DNA from: Octopus bimaculoides
Lineage: Eukaryota
Assembly: GCF_001194135.2 (NCBI RefSeq)
Contig: NC_068981.1
Span: 197,824,497 to 197,886,678, forward strand
DNA: 62,182 bases
Reading direction: 5' to 3'
A program made the translations under genes and the position numbers. The notes under the pieces are model-generated. The model made no database searches. It had not been told where the DNA came from and worked only from the letters and a program-made list of their open reading frames with translations. The first letter of the stretch is position 1. Every line of letters begins with the position of its first letter. This document shows, piece by piece, positions 46,690-58,082 of the stretch.

Positions 46690-47460
46690 GTCCCATAAAG
46701 GATGATGTTACTGTTGTTTAAGCCCCACTAAAACATCGTTTCCAGCTGGCTATCGACACACAGTCTATGTCCGTATAGTGTTTTCCAGCCTTACGTGACA
46801 TTCACACACCAACATCGGTTGTCAAGCGATGGTGGTGGTAGGGGCACAGACACACACACATGAACACACATACATATATACCGTTAATCCTCGAGTATAA
46901 TCCGCACTTTTTTCCCAAAATTTAAAGGTCAAAATTTCTAGTGCGTACTATATACAAGGTTAAAAATGAAAAATATTTTCTAAGCAAAATTTTCTAAGTG
47001 ATGAATATGTAAAGGCAATTTACTTAATATTTATTTTTCACTGACGTTATTACTGTTATTTCTTTATTTTCTGCAAACAAAGTGCGCAAGAAAGCTACAC
47101 GCTTGCATTATATGATATATACAATGATAATAAAGGACGTTACCGTATATACGTTTACAAACCAAGGACGTTATATAGATCTCCTTGACTCAAGTTAGAG
47201 AAGGGGTGCGTAATATACACAAGGTCTAGGTTTTTCAGAGGTACAGCCCCCTAAAAATCCCCTGCGTATTATACTCAAGGGAGGGCTATACTCGAGGATT
47301 TACGGTATATACGACGGGCTTCTTTCAGTTTCCGTCTACCAAATCCACTCACAAGGCTTTGGTCGTCCCGAGGCTATAGTAGAAGCCACGTAGTGGGACT
47401 GAACCCGGAACCATGTGGTAGGGAAGCAAGCTCCTTACCACAACGTACACCTGCACCTAC
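46690..47460 (-). mobile_element. SINE family C (third tail type) split by a MITE
   Basis: Head 47308-47460 (acgacgggcttctttcagtttccgtctacc...); body 46800-46880 (cacaccaacatcggttgtcaagc); tail unlike the other two. Confidence 0.8.
46881..47305. mobile_element. Tc2/pogo-type MITE (425 bp) in the TA tract of the SINE
   Basis: TIR CCGT(T/A)AATCCTCGAGTATA at both ends, TA duplicated at 46879-80 and 47306-07; CCGT...ATAAxxCGCAC start is typical of Tc2-like elements. Confidence 0.92.
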
Positions 47461-47664
47461 NNNNNNNNNNTATATATATATACACATATATATATATACA
47501 CACACACATACATATATATAGAGGGAGAGAGGGGGAGATCTTATCAGCTGTCAATGAGTGTACACTATTACAGTGTACACGCTAATATATATATATTGCT
47601 GCCATCGGTTAGTGAGCGTACGTGTGTATGTATATGTGTGCGTGCGCGTGTGTATGTAGTGTGA

Positions 47665-47950
47665 AGGTGGTTTGAGTGTCGGCTCATAATCATGAGGTAG
47701 TGAGTTCGATTCCCGGATCGGCTGCGTATTTCAAGTTGCTCCAATTCCTTCAGCTGTAGAAATTAGTTGCGACTTGTCACTGGTGCCAAGCTGTATCGGC
47801 CCCTTTGCCTTTCCCTTGGTTAACATTGCTGGTGTGGATTAGGGAGAAGCTGGTATGCATGGGCAACTGCTAGTCTTACACAAACAGCCTCGCCCGGAGA
47901 GGAACTTTCTAGGTGCCATCCCATGGGCATTACTGACCGAAGGGGATTGG
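47665..47950 (+). mobile_element. tRNA-derived SINE family B (A-like head, different tail)
   Basis: gtggtttgagtgtcggctcataatcatgaggtagtgagttcgattccc..ttcagctgtagaaat, then tail gtcactggtgccaagctgtatcggcccc... Confidence 0.75.
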
Positions 47951-48079
47951 GTAGAGCTTCACTCACTCTTGTATTCTTAGCCTTTCTCTTTCTCTTTCCC
48001 CTTCATCTCTTTCCTCTTTATCTCTGTCGCTCCATCTCCTTACTGTCTTTCTCCTCTGCCTGCTGCTGTCACCTGACCA

Positions 48080-48230
48080 GCGGCCAGTTCCCCTTTTTCT
48101 TCCTTTCTTACACTGGCCACGTCGCTGACCAGTTGCGAATTCTCGGTCTTTCCGTTCTCCATCTTTCAAGACATTTTCTAAGCGTTACCCACTGTTCTCA
48201 TCTCATTGGCCCCAGGGCCGTATTTTGTTC
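48080..48230 (+). mobile_element. Possible PLE endonuclease C-terminal relic
   Basis: TGHVADQLRILGLSVLH and SLAPG resemble HFNxxGHxxxDLxxxGL..GxLxPxG; upstream of a hammerhead. Confidence 0.4.
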
Positions 48231-48550
48231 GATTGTTCGTCCTCATCCACCGTCCTAAATCACACTTTGTGTCGTTTTGCTTGTTTTGTTTTGTTTTGTT
48301 TTGTTTGCTCTTGTCCCTAATTCTCCACAAAAAGACTTTTTTTTGCCTGCACCGCCAACTGGAAAGCACTCAGTCTTATCGTTAAAGGTGCAAAACTGAA
48401 TATGATTGGTCGATAACTGTTGAAGAATTACGAACTTTTTGTTTGTCTTCCGTTCGTTTTTACATTCAGTATACGTTACGTTATTTAACCACATATGAAT
48501 CATTAGCGATTTATTTTCCTCCGTCTTCCTTTTCTATTGGACTTTCCTCT

Positions 48551-48585
48551 GTTTCTGAAGAAGAGCTCTGCCCGAAACGTTAAAC
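48551..48585 (+). ncRNA. Minimal hammerhead ribozyme, intact core
   Basis: GUUU CUGAAGA A GAGC UCU GCCC GAAAC GUU AAAC: helix I 4 bp, helix II one mismatch, ACGU helix III. Confidence 0.8.
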
Positions 48586-49218
48586 CACCTTTCTTTCCTA
48601 CCACGTCTTCGTGTTTTTTTTTTGTGTTTGTTCTTTTTTTTGGATTTACTATTATATATATATATATAAGAAGTTTGAAAAGGCCACAATATAAGATAAA
48701 TTTTAATTTTCTGAGAGATTTTACATGTTTCGGTTCTTCTTGAAAAAACAAACCTTATCAAAAATATATTTTTTTTAAAGTTAAGTTTAGTAAAAGAAAA
48801 GTTCATAATTATTTCTTATTATGAANNNNNNNNNNNNNNNNNNNNNNNNNNNNNNNNNNNNNNNNNNNNNNNNNNNNNNNNNNNNNNNNNNNNNNNNNNN
48901 NNNNNNNNNNNNNNNNNNNNNNNNNNNNNNNNNNNNNNNNNNNNNNNNNNNNNNNNNNNNNNNNNNNNNNNNNNNNNNNNNNNNNNNNNNNNNNNNNNNN
49001 NNNNNNNNNNNNNNNNATATATATACATACAGAGAGGGAGAGAGAGTCATGTAATAGGGAGAGTGCCATCGAGTTACATAGAAGTCTATGGTACTCTTGT
49101 ACTCTAAGGGATTAGTGGTGGAAGAGAAGTCCTACAGTTACTCTCTATTTTATGGCACCCACTTCTTGTTTATATATGAAGTTCAAGCATAGACAGGAGG
49201 ACTGAGCATTCTGGGATG

Positions 49219-49262
<44 letters not shown>

Positions 49263-49689
49263 TAGTTTATACCATTGTCCCACCGAATATATCGCTGGTA
49301 TTTATTTATTCCAGTCCATAGAGATAAAAGACAGTGTTAACTGTGGTGGAATTTGAACTCTGATCGTTAAGTATTTTGTTCACCTCTCAACCGTTTCCAA
49401 GAAAAATACTGACTCTGGTCGTCGTCGTCGCTGATGTTGTTTAGCCCTAAGTCAGCTTTGGTCTTAAAAAATCCAATGATCAAAAGGGATTCCAACTGTG
49501 ACCATCCTAGCTTTATATCAGCCATTGTGTATTCAATACAGATGTTCCTTTTTAAAGATAATTGTATGTGATTTGAGAGAGATGTGGCTGCTGCTTCTAG
49601 CCGGTCGAACGATCAAATATTGGCTGTCTGTGTTAGAGACCCAACACACAAGCAGAAATTATGAAATGAGGGTGTAGGAGAGTTCGAAT

Positions 49690-49830
49690 CGAAACGAGGG
49701 CATAACTGGTACTTATTTTATCGATCTCTAAAATGTGAAAGGCGACGTCGAACTAGGTGGAATTTGAAACCAAAATATGAAGAACCCCGACTTAATATCA
49801 CAAAACATTTTGTCCGTTACTCTACCGATT
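49690..49830 (-). mobile_element. SINE family D, degraded (another at ~49265-49390)
   Basis: aactggtacttattttatcga..aaaggcgacgtcgaac..ggtggaatttgaa. Confidence 0.7.
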
Positions 49831-50382
49831 TTACCCCTTACAACCAACCGTAACTCTTACATTAATGTTAATCTAATCTTCTAGCACTTTCTTTTGATCA
49901 TGTTCAACCGGAACCAAACCAAAGTCTCGTCTTACTGACAACGTTAAACTTCCTTCTCTGTGTAAACCCGTTTCTAATACATTATTGGATTTTCAAAACA
50001 ATACCATTTCTATGAAGACTTTGTTTAAGTTCCGCGATAAGAAATTAACGAGAGAGATAAAAGAGTTCCTGGTTATTACAGATGAACAAGAGTCAGGGAA
50101 CAGGTCACGGCAATTGCAGGAATAATTGCTGACTTCGCATTTTTAATAGAATTAATCACCGACCAAATTCCATCGCAGCGTAGAAGATAATGATAAGAAC
50201 GAATCTCGACAGACCAATGTGAAGAATTCTAAAGAATAGTATCGAAGGTTACTCTAATAATACTGATTGCTTGGCACAGAGCCCGAATGTAGTGGAGTTT
50301 AGTGAACCCGAGTATTTGACTGGTATCCAGAACAATGAGGAACAATAAACACAACAACGTGCTTTATGATGAAAAAACAAAG

Positions 50383-50535
50383 CGTGGCTGTGAGGTAAGA
50401 AACTTGCTCCCCAACCACATAGTTCTGGGTTCAGTTTCACTGCGCGGCACCTTGGGTAAGCGTCTTCAGCCCCGGGCCAACTAAAGCCTTGTGAGTCGAT
50501 TTAATAGACGGAAACTGAGAGAAGCCCGTCGTATA
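50383..50535 (+). mobile_element. SINE family C head
   Basis: gcgtggctgtgaggtaagaaacttgctccccaaccacatagttctgggttcagt..gacggaaactgagagaagcccgtcgtata. Confidence 0.9.
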
Positions 50536-50543
50536 TATTTGTG

Positions 50544-50584
<41 letters not shown>

Positions 50585-50984
50585 CATTCTTAAGAACATT
50601 TTGTTCATTAGTGTTAGTGGATGATTGGGATGGCGTTTTCAACGCATGCTGGAATGTGTTAGAGTAGCTGATCATAAGAGACGAGTTGCAAAAGTCTTGT
50701 AAAACCCGTTTGATTTTCCTAAAATGTCAAAATGAACTTCGGCAAAACACAATGAGCCCTCCAGATCATTCTACTAAGCGTAGCTTAAGTTGTCCGCAGT
50801 TGTGTTGGCAGTTGGCTACTGGGACGACACATTAGTAACCTGCTCCATTTTTATATCCTTGACAAACGTTGGACATATATATTTTGACGATGCGGAGGTA
50901 AAAATCAATGTGTTCACACGACGTACTTCGTGAGACTCCAAAACGTCCTCTCAGCGACTCCTACCGACCGCGTCGTCTCAATCA

Positions 50985-53416
50985 ATTTTTTCGATGGCAA
51001 ATACTCCATTTTGAAGTCATAATTCAGTAGAATCGTTCCCCAGTGCTGGGGATACCCTTTTTTTTGGTCCCATAGATCGACAATAATTGGGGCAGTGGTC
51101 TGTCTGCAGACGGAACCTTGTTCCATGTATAAATTTATGGAATTTTTTACCGCAAATATGAGGGCTAATGCCTCTTTTTCTATTTAACTGTAACTTTTCT
51201 CCGCCGGCAATAATGAACGCGATGAATGAGTTACTGCTTTCAAGCTGCCATCTTCATATGTGTGTAAAATCACAGCTCCGATACCACTTTCACAAGTATC
51301 TGCTGCCACTACCATTTCTAAATTTGGGTCAAAATGTGATAACGACAATTCCGACGTTAAGACATTTGAAATTTCTTCAAAAGCTTTTTGGAATTTGTCC
51401 GACCAGTTCCACTTAACGTCTTTTTTAACAAGTTATTCAGGAGTGCTCTTAAATCGTGCATGTTCCGTATATATTCCTGGGAGTAATTTACGAACCCCCA
51501 AAATGCTTGTAATGTTGTAATGTTTGTCGGGCGAGATATATTTATGATTGCACTCGCCCTAGGTGGGTCTGGTCTACGTCCATTTTCATCAATAACCTGC
51601 CCTGAGCTTAAACCCATAAATTTTTATTCTTTCGAAGACCTCTTTAACATGCTCAGCATGCTGACCCCGAGATTCACTTTTTATGAGTATGTCGTCAAGG
51701 TAAGCTACAGCGAAATCCGAACCTGCGAGCATAATGTCCATAACTTGTTGGAAAATGTCAGATGCTACCTTTATATCAAAAGGAAGGCGATTAAATTTAT
51801 ACAGCCATTTATGTGTATTTATCGTCAATAATTTTGAACATTCCTCATCGATTTTTACCTGCAAATATGTTTCAGATAGGTCCAACTTTGAAAAAAATTT
51901 TCCTTCATTCAACTTCGCGAAAATTTTCTCCGGACTTGGTAACGGCATCAAACATTCGCTTAATTCCGTTGAAAAATCAGCGCATACTCGGATTCTATTA
52001 TTTTTTTTCTTGACATAAACTATTTGGGACACCTATTTCGTGTAATCAATTTTTTCAATCACGCCAAGCTTGTTTCAACGCTGCGAAAGGTACCGTATAA
52101 ATACCAGTATACCGTTTTCTTTCACTTGAAACTTCGCCTCTGGTTTGGTGCAAAGACCCAATTCAAGAAAAAGCTTTTTTAAATACTTTTTTTTTTAAAT
52201 TCCTCCGACGCCTTATTTGTACTGGTGGAAGAACCATTCACATTTTTACAAAAAGTATTTATGTGGAGGTCCCATAAGTTAAATAGTTCCATCCAGTCTG
52301 TTCCAAATAAATTTGTATCTTTCAACACAAAAGCTTTCCACGAAATGTAACATCACTTATCATTTAGCCCATAAAATGCAATTTTTTTCCCTGAAACACC
52401 TCGCGCAATTTTCAAAGTTTCCTTTAGTCTAGGTTTCCCTATTTTTATCCATGTACCTGTATTAATTATCGTGATATCACTGCCCGTATCCAATTATTAC
52501 GTGATATTCACATTATTCAATTTTATGGACAAAAATTTTCTTTTCTGAGTCTCGTTTACAATTTTTGTTAACAATACATTCTTTCTAGAATTTTTTCTTT
52601 TTTGTTTGACTCTCTTTTTTGTTTCGCTATACAATGTGAGCTTTTATGTCCGATTTTTAGAAAGACAATTACTTCTCAACCCTCTGCACTCATTGCATGG
52701 ATTTGGTCTTGACGTTTGTTTTCCCTTTTTCTTATCCATTTCAGGTCGACACGCATGTATCTGAGAGCAATCTTTTTCTTCAATTTTATCCGCGTCATGT
52801 CTTAAATCTATAATCCTCTGGCATTCTTCAGCCACTGCCTGTAGAGTTAATTTTTGGTCCTGTTCTATTTTGTTAATATACGGGAATGTATATCAGAATC
52901 TTTTCTTACAGTTAACCCTTTAACAAAAATTAGACATTTGAATATATCCGGGGTTAATTCATTTAATTTGAATTTTTCACACTCTTTGTTAACGACCCCA
53001 ACATATGTGACGAGATCTTCATCATCTTTTTTAACTAAATTTAAACACTGCCAACGAGTATTGAACAGGGAACTTCTTTCACTGAACATTCTAGATAACA
53101 ATTTAATTGTGTCATTCGAAACAAATCTCACCTGGTTTCTTCGGAAGAATATAATTACAGTATTTTTCGTGTTCGGCAGGAGATAACTTTCTTAAAACTA
53201 GTCGCACCTTCTTCTTGTCATTCCAATTTTTACCTTCTTCTTTGAAGATTTCTTCGTATCTTCGAAAACATGCAGAAAAAGTAGTACCTTCTTCTGGGTT
53301 ATAAATAAATTCTCCAATTGAGTTTGCTCCAATTGACGAGAACGAACGTGAACTATATTCATACTTCTTCAGCATTACTTCCAGTAACTGTTGACGTAAG
53401 TCAATAAATCTTCCAT
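50985..53416 (-). mobile_element. Ty3/Gypsy (Mag/K02A2.6-like) gag-pol pseudogene lacking integrase
   Basis: gag FIYNPEEGTTFSACFRRYEEIF..RWQCLNL; protease LDTGSDITII (~52470-52493); RT RVCADFS..KLDLSETYLQ..NRLPF..YLDDILI; RNase H VVAADTCESGIGAVI..EKEALALIFAVKKFH..TDH; ends at NYDFKMEYLPSKK. Many stops and frameshifts. Confidence 0.92.
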
Positions 53417-53495
53417 GTTAATGATTTTTTTCTTTGATTCCGTACCAAAAAAAAAAAAAAAAAAAAATTTAACGTCCGACGCAAGCTTCGAATAT

Positions 53496-53505
53496 CTCGT
53501 CGCCA
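53496..53505 (-). promoter_or_regulatory. Primer-binding-site-like TGGCGACGAG
   Basis: Begins with TGG (complement of tRNA CCA), ~80 nt upstream of the gag ATG. Confidence 0.7.
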
Positions 53506-53509
53506 CTTT

Positions 53510-53990
53510 TACATCCTTGTCGTTACCCGACACTTAGTATTGTTCGTTGCACACAGCATTCTTGTTTTCATTGAACTAAGCACTTTTGTTAACACTCTTG
53601 TTTTTCGCTCGAACGGATTTTTTTAACCCCAAGAAGACATCTCCTCTTGCTGCTTAACACTGCACTGCTGCATCCGATATATTGTGAGCAGTGGAATCGA
53701 ACCCTTACTACATTCTAGCGATGGGACCAACACCCAGTAATTCGAACAACTACCACTACAGCAACTTACAGGTTCGCACTAACACACCGACTCCTACCGA
53801 CCTCTTGTCGCTACTCTTTATAAGAGTTCGGCTAGTCCATTCTTCCAATCTTCCAGGGGTGTCAGCGACTCTCGCCACAACAACCGTCAACTTATGCGTG
53901 ACCAAAAGACAAGGACCCGGTTGTTACTGAAAGCTGAACTCATTTTCCCGGCAGAAAGACCATTATTCTGTTCAGTCAGCTGACCTGGGG
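53510..53990 (-). mobile_element. Probable 5' LTR of the Gypsy element
   Basis: Position upstream of the PBS; TATAAAGAG at ~53816-53824 (minus). Termini not resolved. Confidence 0.55.
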
Positions 53991-53992
53991 CT

Positions 53993-54090
53993 ATACAACA
54001 ACAACAACAACAACAACAACAATAACAACAACAACAACACTAACAGAAGTACTACTACTATTACTACTACTACTAATAATAATAATAAAC
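53993..54090. repeat. (AAC)n(TAC)n(AAT)n compound microsatellite
   Basis: Direct reading. Confidence 0.9.
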
Positions 54091-54523
54091 ATTCAATTGA
54101 AGGTTGACTATTGAGAACAAATATCAGTGAACTATAGAGAAGGTCGGCATTGATCGATAGAAAAGCCAATAGCTACTTCCTTCGTGCAAAATATCAATAA
54201 ATTCATGGCTGCTGTTGAAAAAAGCAACAACAAAAAAGGCAAAACAGAAAGTCACCTTATTTTATTATTATATTACCGATCGCATTGTAAGCGATGTAAA
54301 ATGCTACATAAATCGATACGTCGTGCACATCTCGTTATTGATTAGTTATCGGAGTATGGTGAATGCACATTGGATGTGTTTAGAAGGTTTCTAAGACATT
54401 ACTTCGCCTAACAAAGATATTCTACACAAATGTATCAGCTGAAGTATTTTGATTGAGACTAAAGCAATGAGGTGGTCTTTGGCCGGATAATCAATCTACT
54501 AGAAATAGCTACCATAACACCCT

Positions 54524-54560
<37 letters not shown>

Positions 54561-54675
54561 ACGCATGCATACATATCTAACTGGCTAGCTATCTATCGAT
54601 CCATGTTCATATCTATACACACAGGCGCGTGCACACACGCATACATAGTTGAAATATATATATGCATATATATAT

Positions 54676-54708
<33 letters not shown>

Positions 54709-55850
54709 NNNNNNNNNNNNNNNNNNNNNNNNNNNNNNNNNNNNNNNNNNNNNNNNNNNNNNNNNNNNNNNNNNNNNNNNNNNNNNNNNNNNNNNNNNNN
54801 NNNNNNNNNNNNNNNNNNNNNNNNNNNNNNNNNNNNNNNNNNNNNNNNNNNNNNNNNNNNNNNNNNNNNNNNNNNNNNNNNNNNNNNNNNNNNNNNNNNN
54901 NNNNNNNNNNNNNNNNNNNNNNNNNNNNNNNNNNNNNNNNNNNNNNNNNNNNNNNNNNNNNNNNNNNNNNNNNNNNNNNNNNNNNNNNNNNNNNNNNNNN
55001 NNNNNNNNNNNNNNNNNNNNNNNNNNNNNNNNNNNNNNNNNNNNNNNNNNNNNNNNNNNNNNNNNNNNNNNNNNNNNNNNNNNNNNNNNNNNNNNNNNNN
55101 NNNNNNNNNNNNNNNNNNNNNNNNNNNNNNNNNNNNNNNNNNNNNNNNNNNNNNNNNNNNNNNNNNNNNNNNNNNNNNNNNNNNNNNNNNNNNNNNNNNN
55201 NNNNNNNNNNNNNNNNNNNNNNNNNNNNNNNNNNNNNNNNNNNNNNNNNNNNNNNNNNNNNNNNNNNNNNNNNNNNNNNNNNNNNNNNNNNNNNNNNNNN
55301 NNNNNNNNNNNNNNNNNNNNNNNNNNNNNNNNNNNNNNNNNNNNNNNNNNNNNNNNNNNNNNNNNNNNNNNNNNNNNNNNNNNNNNNNNNNNNNNNNNNN
55401 NNNNNNNNNNNNNNNNNNNNNNNNNNNNNNNNNNNNNNNNNNNNNNNNNNNNNNNNNNNNNNNNNNNNNNNNNNNNNNNNNNNNNNNNNNNNNNNNNNNN
55501 NNNNNNNNNNNNNNNNNNNNNNNNNNNNNNNNNNNNNNNNNNNNNNNNNNNNNNNNNNNNNNNNNNNNNNNNNNNNNNNNNNNNNNNNNNNNNNNNNNNN
55601 NNNNNNNNNNNNNNNNNNNNNNNNNNNNNNNNNNNNNNNNNNNNNNNNNNNNNNNNNNNNNNNNNNNNNNNNNNATCGCTTGGATTTGGTGCCAGAACGG
55701 TCGCAGACTTCGTTGATTTCCTTTAAAAATACTTCTACTTATTTACTTCTGTTTTCATGACTTGTTGCAGACGAGATTTGCTTTGAAGCAGGACGAGAGT
55801 GAAACAGACGATGGCGCGTGCACGTACACGCGCACACACACACACACACA

Positions 55851-55890
<40 letters not shown>

Positions 55891-56144
55891 GACTTTCATG
55901 TTCATGATTTGAGTAGTGAAACACACACTTGCACAATGTGTGTAATGTTTGTATGTATGTATGCATTCATGTGTGTACGCGTATATAAGAGATAATGGGT
56001 GTGTGTGGATGTGTGTGTGAATACAAACACATAAAAGTAAACACGCTCGCACACACACACACACACACGTACACTCACGCACACGCACATTCACCCATCT
56101 TTCATATACACATATTCACATGCATACATACATACATACATACA

Positions 56145-57005
56145 TATGAAAGGATGAGCATATATGAGCAGAAGACTATGCATGGACATGTTACTAGATG
56201 ATAGTAACATCGATTATCAAAGCAGTTTATCATGGACTAATAGCCAGATTACTACCTCCCACTTTGAAGGATATGTGTTTGCAATCCAGGAACAGGAAAT
56301 ATCAACCAAGTTCCTGATGCACGAAAGGGACAGAGATGCAGGAAAAGCCGTGAAATATGACAACCGATGCAGACTTTGTGGAATGAACAATGAAGATATC
56401 ACCCACATCATAATCAGTTGTCCGAAAATGTCATCACGGTATTATCTGCCGATGAGACAAGATGTAGCTAGAAAACTGTATAACAAGATCACTCGAAAGG
56501 ATAACCCCGAGGACAAAGAAATAAGAACCTACAGTATGGTGGAAGCAATAGCCACTCATAATTAAAAAGGAATACTGGTGGAGTGTCCCAGTGAAAACCT
56601 CAATAAAATGTAAGCACAACAGACCTGATATAATGATTTGGGATAGAGAAGAGAAACTGTGCACAGTTGTGGAAATTAGCTGCCCAGCGGATGTTAACAT
56701 AAAGCTGAAGCTCAGTGAAAAAGAGAACACNNNNNNNNNNNNNNNNNNNNNNNNNNNNNNNNNNNNNNNNNNNNNNNNNNNNNNNNNNNNNNNNNNNNNN
56801 NNNNNNNNNNNNNNNNNNNNNNNNNNNNNNNNNNNNNNNNNNNNNNNNNNNNNNNNNNNNNNNNNNNNNNNNNNNNNNNNNNNNNNNNNNNNNNNNNNNN
56901 NNNNNNNNNNNNNNNNNNNNNNNNNNNNNNNNNNNNNNNNNNNNNNNNNNNNNNNNNNNNNNNGAACTGTTATAATCTGTAAAACTTTTTAGAAGTTTAT
57001 CATTT
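56145..57005 (+). mobile_element. R4/Dong-like RLE retrotransposon, C-terminal fragment
   Basis: FEGYVFAIQEQEISTKFL..CRLCGMNNEDITHIIISC..CKHNRPDIMIWDREEKLCTVVEISCPADVN..EKEN, gap, TVIICKTF; same subfamily as 8830-9410. Confidence 0.9.
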
Positions 57006-57079
57006 AAACATATACGAGCATGTCTATATATGTAACTATATGCATGAGAATACATACATAAAACAAAACATAGAAATCT

Positions 57080-57275
57080 GAACATATACATACATACATA
57101 CATACATGCATACATACATGCATGCATACATACATACATACATACATACATACATACATACAGAAATTCCAGTGAAGGAGCCTTGAATCTAGGTTAGAAA
57201 CCGGCTCTTTCTCTATTGGCAAGAAATCTTGAAATAAAACTAAACAATGACATACATACATACATACATACATGC
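57080..57275. repeat. (TACA/TGCA)n tetranucleotide repeats
   Basis: Direct reading. Confidence 0.85.
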
Positions 57276-58039
57276 ATTTAGCGTGTGTGTGTTTCGTTAT
57301 TCAAATCATGAACACGAGTCATGGGTGGGGTGGTGCGCGCTCATATAAATAATTTTTAGGAAAATTAACGAACAACCAGCTGTGAAATCATTGATAGTTC
57401 TGAGACCAAATACAAGTGATTGCCCACTACAAACAGTGGAAATGAATACAAAAGGCCCCTCTATTATTTTACCTATTGGCCGATATTTTCAGAACATCTA
57501 AATGTTTAACTCGGGAAAATAACGGTCTAGACGTGACAAATTACGTTATCTCACCAAACCAAGTATTCTGCCTTTAACAAAACCCTCGTAAGGCTCTATC
57601 ATTATTCAAAGATCCAAGAATCGATGACATGCTTAAACGAATACATGACTTAATTGAATAGATGACATAAGAACTTTTATAACAATATCTCTAACCAAAA
57701 GTTACACAAAACATCAATGCTACAAACATTACACAAATCTTTTCTTGTAGTTCGTCTTGAAACACAGCAATTGCAATTCAAGACACATTGCAATTTAGAC
57801 AGAATACACAAAATTAATATAAAAGAAATTTATTTCTGTGGCCCAACGTTGAAAATGTGACTCTATGAATTTGAACTTAGTTGTATACTGTCAACTGAAT
57901 GTGACAGTCCCCTGAATGGAATAATACTACTGTTGGTTAGACCTGGGATGCTGCACCGCTTCCTGTCGGCCTTGACACATTTCCTGTGTCCTTATGTTCA
58001 CAAAGGGGAGACAAGCACCTCCACCGAGCTAAGCCTGCA

Positions 58040-58082
58040 TCCAGAGACATGTTTCTGAGTCTTTGCTCGTCATCAGTATGGA
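58040..58082 (-). ncRNA. Minimal hammerhead ribozyme, canonical core
   Basis: UCCAUA CUGAUGA CGAG CAAAGA CUCA GAAAC AU GUC UCUGGA: ACAUGU palindromic helix III, GUC triplet, one mismatch each in helix I and II. Confidence 0.75.

Noticed and set aside
48715-48750. Hammerhead candidate ..CCGAAACAUGUAAAA (minus)
   Set aside because: The CUGANGA half and helix II are missing.
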